64,000 bases of DNA from an uncultured Acidimicrobiia bacterium (lineage in GTDB: Bacteria > Actinomycetota > Acidimicrobiia > Spongiisociales > ZC4RG35). A program made the position numbers and the translations under genes. Below are positions 1 to 9,646 of the stretch, piece after piece. Position 1 is the stretch's first letter. Every line of letters starts with the position of its first letter. The stretch is taken from positions 513,503-577,502 of the forward strand of contig CAVUUV010000003.1 in assembly GCA_963744905.1 (NCBI GenBank), written 5' to 3'. A model generated the notes under the pieces. The model saw nothing but the letters and a program-made list of their open reading frames with translations, was not told where the DNA came from and did no database searches.

Positions 1-60
1 GGACCCCTCACCTCGGTCCGAAAACGATCGATTGCGATCGCCTCGGCTCGTCGGCGTGGC

Positions 61-699
61 TCATACCCGGGCCCGGTAGCCCCATCGGCAACGTGTCATG
101 GGGTGTGGAGGGGTGGGTGCTCGAGAACTCGTCGGTCGGTACTCGACCAGTTGGAGCCCGCCATTGAAGGCGCGACTGTCGATCATCTCGAGCGCGACAT
201 CGGGGTAGCCGTCGTAGATGCGCTCCGTACCCGTGGCCCCCGTGATGACGGGGAACATCACGACCCGGAACCGGTCGACGAGACCGGCCGCCATCAGGGA
301 CCGACACAGGCTGAGACTGCCGATCGTGCTCAACAGGCCCGAGCCGTCTTCCTTCATCGCCCGCACCGCATCCACGACGTCGCCACGCACCAGCGTGGTG
401 TCGGGCCACGACAGCGGTTCGTCGAGCGTGGACGAGAACACGACTTTCGAAGCTCGAGTTAGTCCGTCGATCGCCGCCTGCTCGTCGTGGGAGAGCTCGT
501 CAGTGCCGTCGGGGTTATGACCCTCAGCCATCCTCGACATCAGACGGTAGGTGGTGGCGCCCATCAAAAGCGTGGCTTCGGGCTGCTCGCCAAGCCACCC
601 GAGGTACTCGGGGGACTCGAGACCCCACCATCCGGGCCAGCCCTCCCCCGACGCGTAGCCGTCGAGCGACGTGATGAAATCGACCATCAATTCACTCAT
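61..699 (-). CDS. Dihydrofolate reductase family protein (RibD C-terminal domain), paralog 1
   Basis: Translation starts MSELMVDFITSLDGY, the typical RibD_C N-terminus, and carries a conserved C-terminal VEYRP motif. Length and composition fit the family. Confidence 0.6.
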   Translation of the reverse strand: MSELMVDFITSLDGYASGEGWPGWWGLESPEYLGWLGEQPEATLLMGATTYRLMSRMAEGHNPDGTDELSHDEQAAIDGLTRASKVVFSSTLDEPLSWPDTTLVRGDVVDAVRAMKEDGSGLLSTIGSLSLCRSLMAAGLVDRFRVVMFPVITGATGTERIYDGYPDVALEMIDSRAFNGGLQLVEYRPTSSRAPTPPHPMTRCRWGYRARV

Positions 700-929
700 C
701 GCACTCGTCCTCCCGTGACCGGCGCTTTCGTGCCGGCGAGCAGGCCGTCGAGATGCTGCTGACCGTGATCATCGTGTCGCCTCGGCCGTCTCGCTCGTGG
801 GTGAAGCCTCATGCTGTCTCCTTCCGGTCGTTGCCGATGTGTCGACTCGAAGGCGAGGCGTGGTCGTTGACATCTTCGAGCGGGCCGACGAGTCGGTTGT
901 TGGGTTCTCGTCGAGTGATCATGTCCAGG

Positions 930-1475
930 TCAGTGGGCTGAGATGGGGTGGTAGGTGTGAACCACGGCACCGGTGGCAAAGACTTTCGTGTCCAGGAGCT
1001 CGAGAGTACCGGCGCTGGCGGGGCGAAACAGGGGCTCGCCTCCCCCCTTTATGACCGGGGACGTGCAGATCCGATACTCGTCCAGCAGACCGGCCCCGGC
1101 GAGGGCATCGGTCAGCCGTCCGGTACCCCAGGTGAAGATGTCGCCGCCTTCGACCCGCTTCAGGCGGCTGACTTCGTCGAGCAGGTCGGAGCCGGCGATG
1201 ACCACGCTCGGCTCCCATGCCGTGACATCGACCGGTTGAGAGGCGACGACATACTTGGTGATCGAGTTGACGTGGTCGGAGAATGGGTCACCGCTTCTGG
1301 AGGGCCAGGCCTGTGCCATCCCTTCATAGGTGATTCGGCCGAGCAGCAGCCCGTCGGCGTCAAGGTGCATCTCGAGCACGTAGTCCTGCAGGTCCTCATT
1401 GGAATGCTCCCACTCATGAGGCCTGTCGATGTAACCGTCGAGGGTGGCGTGGGTGAAGTTGATGATCTTGCGCAT
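930..1475 (-). CDS. Dihydrofolate reductase family protein (RibD C-terminal domain), paralog 2
   Basis: 181 aa starting MRKIINFTHATLDGYID and ending ...TYHPIS, with the same architecture as the neighbouring paralog. Confidence 0.65.
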   Translation of the reverse strand: MRKIINFTHATLDGYIDRPHEWEHSNEDLQDYVLEMHLDADGLLLGRITYEGMAQAWPSRSGDPFSDHVNSITKYVVASQPVDVTAWEPSVVIAGSDLLDEVSRLKRVEGGDIFTWGTGRLTDALAGAGLLDEYRICTSPVIKGGGEPLFRPASAGTLELLDTKVFATGAVVHTYHPISAH

Positions 1476-1706
1476 GGCTGACTTCTCCTGGTCGGTGTCG
1501 GTTGGGTTTCGGGAAAACTGGTTGCAGGCCGACGGTCACCGCCCTCTCTGGCTGCTGGCCTGTCTTGCGACGAAGCCGATGCCGCAATGTCGAGCGCAAA
1601 CGAGACCTGCCTTTCGTCCTCGAGTGCTGGGCGGGGAGAGGAACTGCGACTGATTGACCAGTCGGAGCACGGGCACGGTTGTGTCGCGAATCGACGGACA
1701 TCATCG

Positions 1707-2585
1707 CTAGTTCCTTGCCTGCAGATCGCCGACCGCCTCGATCGCACCACCGACTGTGGCTACCCGGGTGCTGTCCCACGGTCCGGGGGTGATCAACACG
1801 ACATGATCGATACCCCAATCGCAGAACAGCCGGCACCGGTCGACGAGGCTGGAGACGGGCTCGGAGGGTTCGAGGCGGGCGCTGACCGTGGCTTCGATCT
1901 CTGCGGGATCGCGGCCGACTTCATGACAGGCCCCAGCCAAGACGGCGAGCTTGTGCTGGATCGTCCTGCCTTCGTCGGGGATGTCGAACAGGTTGCAGGC
2001 GTCGGCGTGACGGGCCACGAGCGGCAGGGTCCGCTTCTCCCCCATCCCTCCGATCAATATCCGGGGCAGCGTGATCGGTTGTGGATGCGAGATCGGTCGC
2101 TGAACGTGGATCTGTCGACCGCAGAACTCGGATTCGTCTCCCGACCACATTTGCTTGGCCAGCTCGATGGTTTCTTCAACGACTTCGAACCGTTCCCGGG
2201 GTGACCCAAAAGGAAGACCCATCATCTTGGCCTCATCGCCCCGATAACCAGCTCCCAGCCCCAGCCAGGTGCGGCCCCCCGACAAGGCGTCGAGGGTGGT
2301 GACCGCCTTCACCAGCAATGCCGCCGGGCGAATTCCCGCCCAGGTGACCATCGTTCCCAAATTCAGTCTCGAAGTTCGGGCCGCGAGATAGCCCAGGGTC
2401 GTGTATGCCTCGAGCATCGGCTCATCCAGGCTGGCACTCGGGTCCGCCTGAACCAGATGATCCGCCACCCACAGGGTGTCGACACCCGCACCCTCGGCAG
2501 CAGTGGCGATGGTGTCGAGGTGTGAGGCCAGGCTCGCCCCGCCGACGGCCCACGAGTAATTGGTGACGCTGATGGAGATCTTCAT
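1707..2585 (-). CDS. LLM-class (luciferase-like) F420-dependent oxidoreductase
   Basis: 292 aa with a TIM-barrel LLM signature: GLGAGY, RILIGGMG, and N-terminal ...LWVADHL.... Confidence 0.7.
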   Translation of the reverse strand: MKISISVTNYSWAVGGASLASHLDTIATAAEGAGVDTLWVADHLVQADPSASLDEPMLEAYTTLGYLAARTSRLNLGTMVTWAGIRPAALLVKAVTTLDALSGGRTWLGLGAGYRGDEAKMMGLPFGSPRERFEVVEETIELAKQMWSGDESEFCGRQIHVQRPISHPQPITLPRILIGGMGEKRTLPLVARHADACNLFDIPDEGRTIQHKLAVLAGACHEVGRDPAEIEATVSARLEPSEPVSSLVDRCRLFCDWGIDHVVLITPGPWDSTRVATVGGAIEAVGDLQARN

Positions 2586-2952
2586 GTCTGCCTACTCCAA
2601 GTCTTCGGAGCCCCTTCGGCGTCGTGTCGGATCTGCTGCAATGGCGACAGGTTGCCTTCCACGTCGGTGAACTTGGCGAACCCCATGCAGCTGCTTCTTC
2701 CCCGGTTCACCCTCCGCCAACGACCGTCCATCATGTGAACGATCTGGCCGAGCTCGACGCCCAATCCGCCGAGCTCGTTTCAAGCCGCGGGGACGTCGTG
2801 ACCGCCAGATGCAGCCCTGGCCTGAAAGCCATGCGGGCCGTCACCCACAAGTCATAGGTCATCAGCCAGGCAGTCATCTCGCTGTCACCATTGCGCTCCG
2901 CCCGAAGCCACATGTCGAGAGATTCATCGAATCGGTTCATCGTGCACCTCAA
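2582..2952 (-). pseudogene. Small ORF apparently interrupted by a single frameshift; its stop overlaps the LLM start (ATGA)
   Basis: Two protein-like minus-strand ORFs in different frames overlap at 2731-2764: MNRFDESLDMWLRAERNGDSEMTAWLMTYDLW... and ...ELGGLGVELGQIVHMMDGRW...FAKFTDVEGNLSPLQQIRHDAEGAP. The stop codon of the 3' segment overlaps the LLM ATG. Confidence 0.3.
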
Positions 2953-3103
2953 ATCGTTGATTGCCTCCGGCAGTCATCCCCCCGGCCTGAGTGATCTAAC
3001 TCCGCCACGACGGGGCGAGCGTTCTTACATCGGCCGCGGATTGGCGCCGAAGGGCGCGATGTGAGCGATCGACGACGCTCGCCGGACGGACGGTCGGATG
3101 AAG

Positions 3104-3697
3104 TCATCGCTCGACCCGATAGTGCAGGTGGGTCACATCAGGCGCCGCTACCACGTCGACGATGCTGAGTCGCACGTGGTCGGCAAGGTCGTGGAAGAGT
3201 CGTCGACCGGCGCCGAGGAGGACCGGAACCTGGTGGACGACGATCTCATCGACAAAGCCGGCGGCCAGGGCTTCGGTGAGCACCCCGCCGCCCATCAGAT
3301 TGACGTCGAGGCCGGCGGCCGCGTTTCGAGCGGCCGCGAACGCCTCCTCGAGTGAGGAAGCAAAAGTCTGCGCCGGTGTCGCCTGGGGAGGAGCAGGCCG
3401 ATGGCTGACGACAAACAGCGGGGCCGTCGGATGCGGGCTGCGGCCAGCCCAGCCGTCGGCGTCGTCGTAGCTGTTGCGACCCGCCACCACCGCACCAGTG
3501 CGGGCGGCGAAGCTGTCGATGAAGCGACGGCTCGCCTCGGACATATGGAGGATGGGGACGACCGTACTCGGCGTATCACCATCGAAGTACCACTCGTGGA
3601 GAACGCTCCCGTCACCAAGCCCGCGTCCTGGGCCAGGATCCCGACCGGTGATGAAACCGTCGACGGAGGCGGCCATATTGCAGATGACCTTGGTCAT
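3104..3697 (-). CDS. Dihydrofolate reductase family protein (RibD C-terminal domain), paralog 3
   Basis: MTKVICNMAASVDGFITG... start and RibD_C-like length. An alternative upstream ATG lies at 3718. Confidence 0.6.
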   Translation of the reverse strand: MTKVICNMAASVDGFITGRDPGPGRGLGDGSVLHEWYFDGDTPSTVVPILHMSEASRRFIDSFAARTGAVVAGRNSYDDADGWAGRSPHPTAPLFVVSHRPAPPQATPAQTFASSLEEAFAAARNAAAGLDVNLMGGGVLTEALAAGFVDEIVVHQVPVLLGAGRRLFHDLADHVRLSIVDVVAAPDVTHLHYRVER

Positions 3698-3772
3698 TGT
3701 GTTTCGATCCCTTCTCATCGCAGCCCTACGACCAAAGAGGTCCCGTCCCGCTTCCTAGTGTCACGACCGCGA

Positions 3773-3788
3773 CTTGGGTCATCCCAAG
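3773..3788. promoter_or_regulatory. 16-bp perfect palindrome CTTGGGTCATCCCAAG in the divergent intergenic region between the DHFR-like paralog 3 and MocR genes
   Basis: Read directly from the sequence. More CTTGG/CCAAG-like repeats follow within 60 bp. Candidate MocR operator. Confidence 0.3.
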
Positions 3789-3882
3789 CTGTCCTCTTGC
3801 GACGCACGCTATCGATCACTTGGTCGGTGCAACAAGAGCCAAAACAGAGTATTATCACCAGTCCAAACCCTCGGTTCTCGAA

Positions 3883-5295
3883 ATGGATGTGATCCTCACA
3901 TCGGACGATCCTCGGAGCATGGTCGCCCAGATCTACGAGCAACTCCGCGACGCCATCGCCGACGGACTGCTGCCATCCGGGTATCGGCTCACACCCACCC
4001 GTGTCCTCGCCACCGAACTCGGCATCTCCCGCGCCACTGTCGCGGACGCCTACGGGCGCCTTGTCGCCGAGGGATACGCCCACGGACGCCGGGGCGGTGG
4101 CACCGTCATCGACACAGCACCGACCACACCCACCGCCCTCGACAGCGACGTCACCGCGGTGCGCTCAACGCCAGAGGCGACCAGATGGCGCCGATATGGC
4201 AGCGGTGTCACTACAGACGTCCGCTACGACATGACCCCAGGACGCGTGGATGCGAGCCTGTTCCCACTCCCAGCCTGGCGACGCTGCGTCCGAGCGTCCC
4301 TTGTAGACAGGAAGGGACTGGCCGCGTACGGCGATCTCGCCGGAAGCAGCCAACTCCGCATAGAGCTTGCTCGCTGGATCACCCAATCACGCGGCATTGT
4401 GGCCTCACCCGACCAGATCATTGCCACCCAGGGCGCCACCCAAGCCCTCGACCTGCTCACCCGTAGCCTGCTTCGCCCCGGCGACATCGCTGCAGTCGAG
4501 GAACCCGGCTATCCGCCGGCGGCGACCAACCTCGAAAGCCACGGCATCACCGTCGCCGGAGTACCGGTCGACCGGGACGGTCTCATCGTCGACCAAATCC
4601 CCACCGGAGCCAAACTCGTCTACGTCACCCCCTCGCACCAGTATCCGCTCGGTTACGTGCTCGCCCGCAGACGACGTCTCGCCCTGCTCGAATGGGCGGC
4701 TGCCAACGACGCCGTCATCGTCGAAGACGACTACGACAGCGAGTTCCGTCACGGACAAAGACCCCTCGAACCACTCCACCGCGTCGACCAGACTGGCCGC
4801 GTCATCTACATCGGCACCTTCAGCAAGGTCCTCAGCCCCACGCTGCGTCTCGGCTTCATGGTCGTACCCCGCCCACTCGTGCCGACACTGCTCACCCTCC
4901 GACAAGCAACGGACTTCGGGCCACCCCACCTCACCGACGCCGCCATGACCACCTTCATCGCCGAAGCCCACCTCCACCATCACCTACGCCGAGCGCGACG
5001 CGTCTACACCGAACGCCACACACGCCTCCGAGACGAACTAGACCGCCAGGCTCCCAAATCGGTCACGGTCCTACCAGGACACGCCGGCCTCCATCTCACC
5101 CTGCTCGCACCCAACGCCCCCACCGACAACGAAATCGTCTCGCGCGCAGGCGAACGCGACGTGTCCGTCTCGACGCTACGCCGAACCTATCGAACCACCG
5201 AACCACAGCCAGGACTCATCCTTGGCTTCGGAGCCCTCGCAACCGCCGACATCCCAAACGCCGTCCGGCTACTCATTGAATGCCTCGAACCCTGA
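3883..5295 (+). CDS. MocR/GabR-type transcriptional regulator (GntR wHTH fused to a fold-type I aminotransferase domain)
   Basis: N-terminal GntR HTH (IYEQLRDAIADGLL...LPSGYRLTPTRVLATELGISRATVADAY) followed by a long aminotransferase-like domain. The ORF track starts at 3697, but the first internal ATG at 3883 matches the family N-terminus. Confidence 0.7.
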   Translation: MDVILTSDDPRSMVAQIYEQLRDAIADGLLPSGYRLTPTRVLATELGISRATVADAYGRLVAEGYAHGRRGGGTVIDTAPTTPTALDSDVTAVRSTPEATRWRRYGSGVTTDVRYDMTPGRVDASLFPLPAWRRCVRASLVDRKGLAAYGDLAGSSQLRIELARWITQSRGIVASPDQIIATQGATQALDLLTRSLLRPGDIAAVEEPGYPPAATNLESHGITVAGVPVDRDGLIVDQIPTGAKLVYVTPSHQYPLGYVLARRRRLALLEWAAANDAVIVEDDYDSEFRHGQRPLEPLHRVDQTGRVIYIGTFSKVLSPTLRLGFMVVPRPLVPTLLTLRQATDFGPPHLTDAAMTTFIAEAHLHHHLRRARRVYTERHTRLRDELDRQAPKSVTVLPGHAGLHLTLLAPNAPTDNEIVSRAGERDVSVSTLRRTYRTTEPQPGLILGFGALATADIPNAVRLLIECLEP

Positions 5296-5507
5296 ACACC
5301 ACCGTGTCGTGGGATCGAGACCGATAATCGGAGAATCGCCCGGCGAACTCGTCGGTCCCACGCGATGGAGGTCCTATACACGCGAGTCGAGGTCCCATCG
5401 AGAATTAGAAGCCGGGCACCGCCGGATCAAAGACGAGGCTCTGGGACCCTCGATGGCTTGCGAGGCCGGAGGCAGGAAGCATGACACAACTCCTGTTTAT
5501 GGCGCGG

Positions 5508-6341
5508 TCATCGGGCGAGACGGAGGAGGCGACCGCCCGCCAGTGCGGCGAACACCACCCACGGCACCAACGAACCCAGGGCGAAGACCATCCCGATGGT
5601 CCCCGCCGTGGAAGGGACCATCATGAACGCTGCCGCGATCAAGCCCCAAACACCCGTGGCTCGGCTGAACCGCTCCGAGGCGAAGACTGCCCCGGCGAAT
5701 AGGAACAGGGTGATCCCGCCGAGGATGTAGTAGATGTCGAAAGCGGTCCCTTTGAACACAGCAAGCATCGCCTCCCCGGCGCCCATGAGGGCGACCTGCC
5801 CGGTGGCATCGGCGGCGGCAGAGGCGTTGGCCAGCGAGAGCATCTCGAATGCTGTGTTCGAAGCCATGTAGGCGGCCATCCCCATGGCCCCAAACAGCAG
5901 GCCAATGGTCACCGTGGACGGGTACCGGCGGCGGAGAACCAAGTACAGACCCAGATAGACGAGAAGTACCAGCAGGTTGTTCACGATGTAGAGAAGATCC
6001 AGGGAGAGCAGCCCCAGCAATGGGTTGTGGGCAAACCGCGCAAAAGAGCCCTCCACCGTTTCCGGGGGCGGCCACTGGGCCAATATCCATACCTGGACAA
6101 ACGTCAGAGCCACAGATGCCAATGCGGCCCACCCCGCCACGGTGAGCGCACCACGCCATCGACCCAGGTCGCCATCAACGTCAAGTCGATCGTTGGCTCG
6201 ACGCTGACTGCCTTCAGTTGTGGCGTCGGTATCTGGCAAAGAGATAATCACACACTCCTTTCGGCCTTGTCCGTCTGATACCCCGGCCAAAGGCTCAGGT
6301 CGTAGGGGCTTTCGCCCCTTTCCCCAGGCCACTATCGACAC
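5508..6341 (-). CDS. DUF4386-like multi-pass membrane protein (paralog of 9647-10402)
   Basis: Hydrophobic 277-aa protein. The RWRGALTVAGWAALASVALTF segment aligns with RWRRFYTIGGICAALYVLVAIF of the paralog. The roughly 60-aa hydrophilic N-terminus makes the start uncertain. Confidence 0.45.
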   Translation of the reverse strand: MSIVAWGKGRKPLRPEPLAGVSDGQGRKECVIISLPDTDATTEGSQRRANDRLDVDGDLGRWRGALTVAGWAALASVALTFVQVWILAQWPPPETVEGSFARFAHNPLLGLLSLDLLYIVNNLLVLLVYLGLYLVLRRRYPSTVTIGLLFGAMGMAAYMASNTAFEMLSLANASAAADATGQVALMGAGEAMLAVFKGTAFDIYYILGGITLFLFAGAVFASERFSRATGVWGLIAAAFMMVPSTAGTIGMVFALGSLVPWVVFAALAGGRLLRLAR

Positions 6342-7088
6342 CTACCCAGCACGGTGCTCCCCGGCATGCAGGCAGAAGCCGCCTTCACCTTCGAGACCAG
6401 AGACATGCGAAAGGCCTGTTCAGACGGTATTCCTGTTTCGCGTCACGTTGCGTTCTTCACCGTTTCATCGCACCCTCTGGCGCGATAAACGCGCCACGGA
6501 AAGTGACTGCTGCCCCATTTGGGCGATCCAGGGCCACACAGCCTCCCGGCGATCCATGCACAGTGATTCCCAGCGTGTACACCCATTTCGGATCAGGCAC
6601 CAACTCGTGGCCTGGAAGTCGATCACTTGCCTCTGTTCCTACCGTGCCCCACCGCAGCCGCCTCCGACCGATGAATGGGGTAGCGACCAGGTGCCATAGG
6701 ACCAGGGCGGCACCCTCAAGAGCGGCGACACAGCGGCACCGCTGGACCGGGCGCATGGACGTCGATCCCGTCTGATGTGCAAGCCCTTTGCCATGTGACC
6801 CTCGGTGGTGGTCTCTCATGGATCTTGCTGCACCGTGGGAGCTTCATCCAGGATCGAAGGTGCCGTGCTCTTCACCGTTGACCCGGAGAGTGGCTTGGTT
6901 GGCCGCCAAGATGTTCCGAACCCAGTCCGATTCAGGGCCGTACCTGCAAACGAGCACGTAACCGGTTTTGGTCGGGTAGGCGCCGAGGGGTGTCTGGTAG
7001 GTCTTCCCCTACGCCCTCCCTAATGAGATACAACAGGGTATTGCCCCTTTGTGATACTTCTTGGGTTGAACAGCCACCTGTTCGGTTG

Positions 7089-7376
7089 TCAATGACTGAC
7101 CAGGTCTCTGGTCCGCTCCTTCTCGTATCGGGCCTCGATCTTGTGCTCACCAAAGAGCGCGTAGATCCCATGACCTACGAGGCCGATGCCCCAGAAGAGG
7201 ATCAACCAGTAGGCCCAATCCAGACCGAGTACGGCATGGTCACCGACTCCGGCGCGGACATCCAAGATGACCAGCAGCCCGTTGACGAACATGAACACCA
7301 TCAAGTGGTACATGAAATCCCGGATGGCTTTGAGATGCTTCTTGGCGCTCTCCAGGGCAGGATCCATCTGCTCCAT
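7089..7376 (-). CDS. 2TM domain-containing small membrane protein
   Basis: 95 aa with two hydrophobic helices flanked by charged segments (KHLKAIRDFMYHLMVFMFVNGLLVILD...WAYWLILFWGIGLVGHGIYALFGEHKIE). Confidence 0.55.
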   Translation of the reverse strand: MEQMDPALESAKKHLKAIRDFMYHLMVFMFVNGLLVILDVRAGVGDHAVLGLDWAYWLILFWGIGLVGHGIYALFGEHKIEARYEKERTRDLVSH

Positions 7377-7593
7377 CGCTCCCTCCTTCGGGTCGGCTAT
7401 TCGATGGTGTCGGTGGATCTCTTGGGAGCGCCAGGGCCATAAGGCCTTTCGCCGCTCGCGTACCCCTGCGCGAAGCCGGGCGAGCTCACGAGCTGCTCGA
7501 ATCCGGGAGTCATGGCGGCAAGTTAGTGCTGATCACAAGACCGGATAGACAGCACCGATGGTTTGCCGTCGAGGGGCGACGAACGCCTATCCC

Positions 7594-8985
7594 TCACCCG
7601 TCATCGCCCCCTCCTGGAGAAAGGGCACCAGCCAGTTCGTCGAGGGAACGTCGTATCCCGTTTACGAAGACGCCGACGTCAGGGCATGCGTCATGGTCAG
7701 CAACGATCGTCAGGTTGAATTGACCCGCGTACGAAACGGCCCCTACCCCGATGGTTACGTTGCCGACCAGCGGAACCAACGGGAACAGTTCGTGAATTTG
7801 GGCCGGGCCGAGGAAGAAACGCATTGGAGGCCCCGGGAGATTGGCGACATAGAGGTTGGATACACGCTGCCGACCAGCCAACCAGGCTGACACTCGTTCC
7901 AGCGTGGGCGAACTGAGGATGCCGGCCTGGTCATATGACAACGGGTCGCTCTTTCTCAGGGCCGTCTCGCTCGCGATCCTCTGCAGCCTGCGGAAAGGAT
8001 CGGTCTCTCCGATGGGTAGGGGCACGATCATCCCGCTCACCGTGTTGTTGCCGGATTCAGTGTCCAAGCCTCCGGCCATCGGGACCACCGCCCGGGGCAG
8101 GAGTTCGTCGATGGGCTCACCCCGACTTATCAGGAGGTCGGCCACGCCACCTGCTACAACGTGGAGCAGCACATCGTTCACGGTGCCGCCAGCAGAGTGG
8201 GCTATCTGCCTGAATACGCCCAGCTCGCTGCGCACCAACCGGAATCTTCGTCGGTCGCCTATAAGACGGTTGAGACTTGTCCGTGGGGCTCTGGCTTCCC
8301 GGAGTATTCGCCTGATAGCCGTCACCGCGAGTCGGAGACTGTTGAATACCTCCGAGGGGTGACGAAGACTCTCGAGGCCGTGTCGGAGTCGGTTCCATCG
8401 ACGTCGCAGGTTGTCCGTTATGAGATCGACGCGGGTTGGCGCAGGGCTCGGGGTCCAATGGGAGGCAACAGGTGCGGTCGGATTGGGGGTTGGATCGAAG
8501 AAGGCGCTGAGTGCGGCCATGCCCGCCGCACCGTCTGCCAGTGTGTGGTGCACTCTCATATACATTCCGACTCGCCCGTCAGACAGCCCGATGAGGAACC
8601 AAAACTCCCACAGGGGATGAGACATGTCGAAAGGTCGTTGCCGGAGCATCTCGCAAGCTTCGAGAAGCTGGGCCTCGTTGCCCGGTGCGGACAATTGATG
8701 GAAACGTACGTGACGAGCGATGTCAAACGACGGGTCATCCGCCCAATACGGCCAACCCAGCCCGAAACCGGGCCTATGTAGACACCGCCTGAAGCGCGGA
8801 ACTAGATGTAGGCGACTGGCTATCCGCTCCTGCAAATCCCTGCGGGCGAAGTCAGCCGTCGGGTCGGACAAAGCCTCTCCATCCAGGATGGCGAGAGCGC
8901 CGAAATCTTGCGGCCAGCCCAGGTCATCAGGCCACAGCATGGCCAGATCAGCGCCCGTGAGCCGCTCCATCTTCACACCAGTCAT
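7594..8985 (-). CDS. Wax ester synthase/diacylglycerol acyltransferase (WS/DGAT) family protein
   Basis: MERLTGADLAMLW N-terminus and the catalytic HHxxxDG motif (VHHTLADGAA). The ATG at 8985 overlaps the stop of the upstream membrane-protein gene (ATGA). Confidence 0.7.
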   Translation of the reverse strand: MTGVKMERLTGADLAMLWPDDLGWPQDFGALAILDGEALSDPTADFARRDLQERIASRLHLVPRFRRCLHRPGFGLGWPYWADDPSFDIARHVRFHQLSAPGNEAQLLEACEMLRQRPFDMSHPLWEFWFLIGLSDGRVGMYMRVHHTLADGAAGMAALSAFFDPTPNPTAPVASHWTPSPAPTRVDLITDNLRRRWNRLRHGLESLRHPSEVFNSLRLAVTAIRRILREARAPRTSLNRLIGDRRRFRLVRSELGVFRQIAHSAGGTVNDVLLHVVAGGVADLLISRGEPIDELLPRAVVPMAGGLDTESGNNTVSGMIVPLPIGETDPFRRLQRIASETALRKSDPLSYDQAGILSSPTLERVSAWLAGRQRVSNLYVANLPGPPMRFFLGPAQIHELFPLVPLVGNVTIGVGAVSYAGQFNLTIVADHDACPDVGVFVNGIRRSLDELAGALSPGGGDDG

Positions 8986-9359
8986 CCTCCGATCCCGCCG
9001 GCCCACTCCGGGCGGATCACGGCGATGGCGATCAACGCCACGTCGATGAGCACTCCGAAGACCAGCGACCAGCTCCAGAACGCAGTGAGCAGAACCAGCG
9101 ATAGAACCGAAGCGACGATGGCGATCCCAGGCCAGACGTCAACCAGACCAGGAACACCCCAGACCGCCAACCCCAACAGCGCGAAACCCGCCACCGTGGT
9201 CCACATCAACACCATCGCCACCGGTCGGCTCGCCGAAGCAGGTATCAGCCAGGAGCCCTCCAGAGAGAACTCAGGAACATCGTCGGTCAAATAGAGGAGA
9301 TGCACCAGACCATGGGCGATCAACAACACACCGATCACGATGCGGAGCAGCGTGGTCAT
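8982..9359 (-). CDS. Small hydrophobic membrane protein, translationally coupled to the WS/DGAT gene
   Basis: Three or four predicted TM helices (MTTLLRIVIGVLLIAHGLVHLLYL...). An alternative start lies at 9425. Confidence 0.4.
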   Translation of the reverse strand: MTTLLRIVIGVLLIAHGLVHLLYLTDDVPEFSLEGSWLIPASASRPVAMVLMWTTVAGFALLGLAVWGVPGLVDVWPGIAIVASVLSLVLLTAFWSWSLVFGVLIDVALIAIAVIRPEWAGGIGG

Positions 9360-9646
9360 ATGACAGGAACTCCTGGTCGCCTGTTTCGACCATTCCCATC
9401 CCACGCCCCGATTGGCAAGGGTCAAACGTCACAAGATCGGTTTCTGTCGGATTCGTCGACAGCAGCGGACCGGCCCACGTTCGCTCCCGTCCTCGAGGTG
9501 TCACCCGGAAGGGACCATCGGCCGTAGATCCGGAGTTGTCACGATCCATACGGTTGGCACATGGCTCGAAGCCGGAGCGGCAGGCTCGTTCCGAGTCCAC
9601 GTGCGCGTAGTCCCGGGCCTGTCAGCCATGAGGAAAGGATTGCCCC

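Noticed and set aside
3697-3882. N-terminal 62 aa of the MocR ORF
   Set aside because: Not protein-like; the GntR HTH begins right after the internal Met at 3883.
5497-6159. 220-aa ORF and other Arg/Gly/Pro-rich ORFs antisense to membrane protein genes (also 19644-20123, 20601-21251, 29457-29972, 38043-38807)
   Set aside because: Antisense or shifted frames of confident genes with characteristic high-GC shadow-ORF composition.
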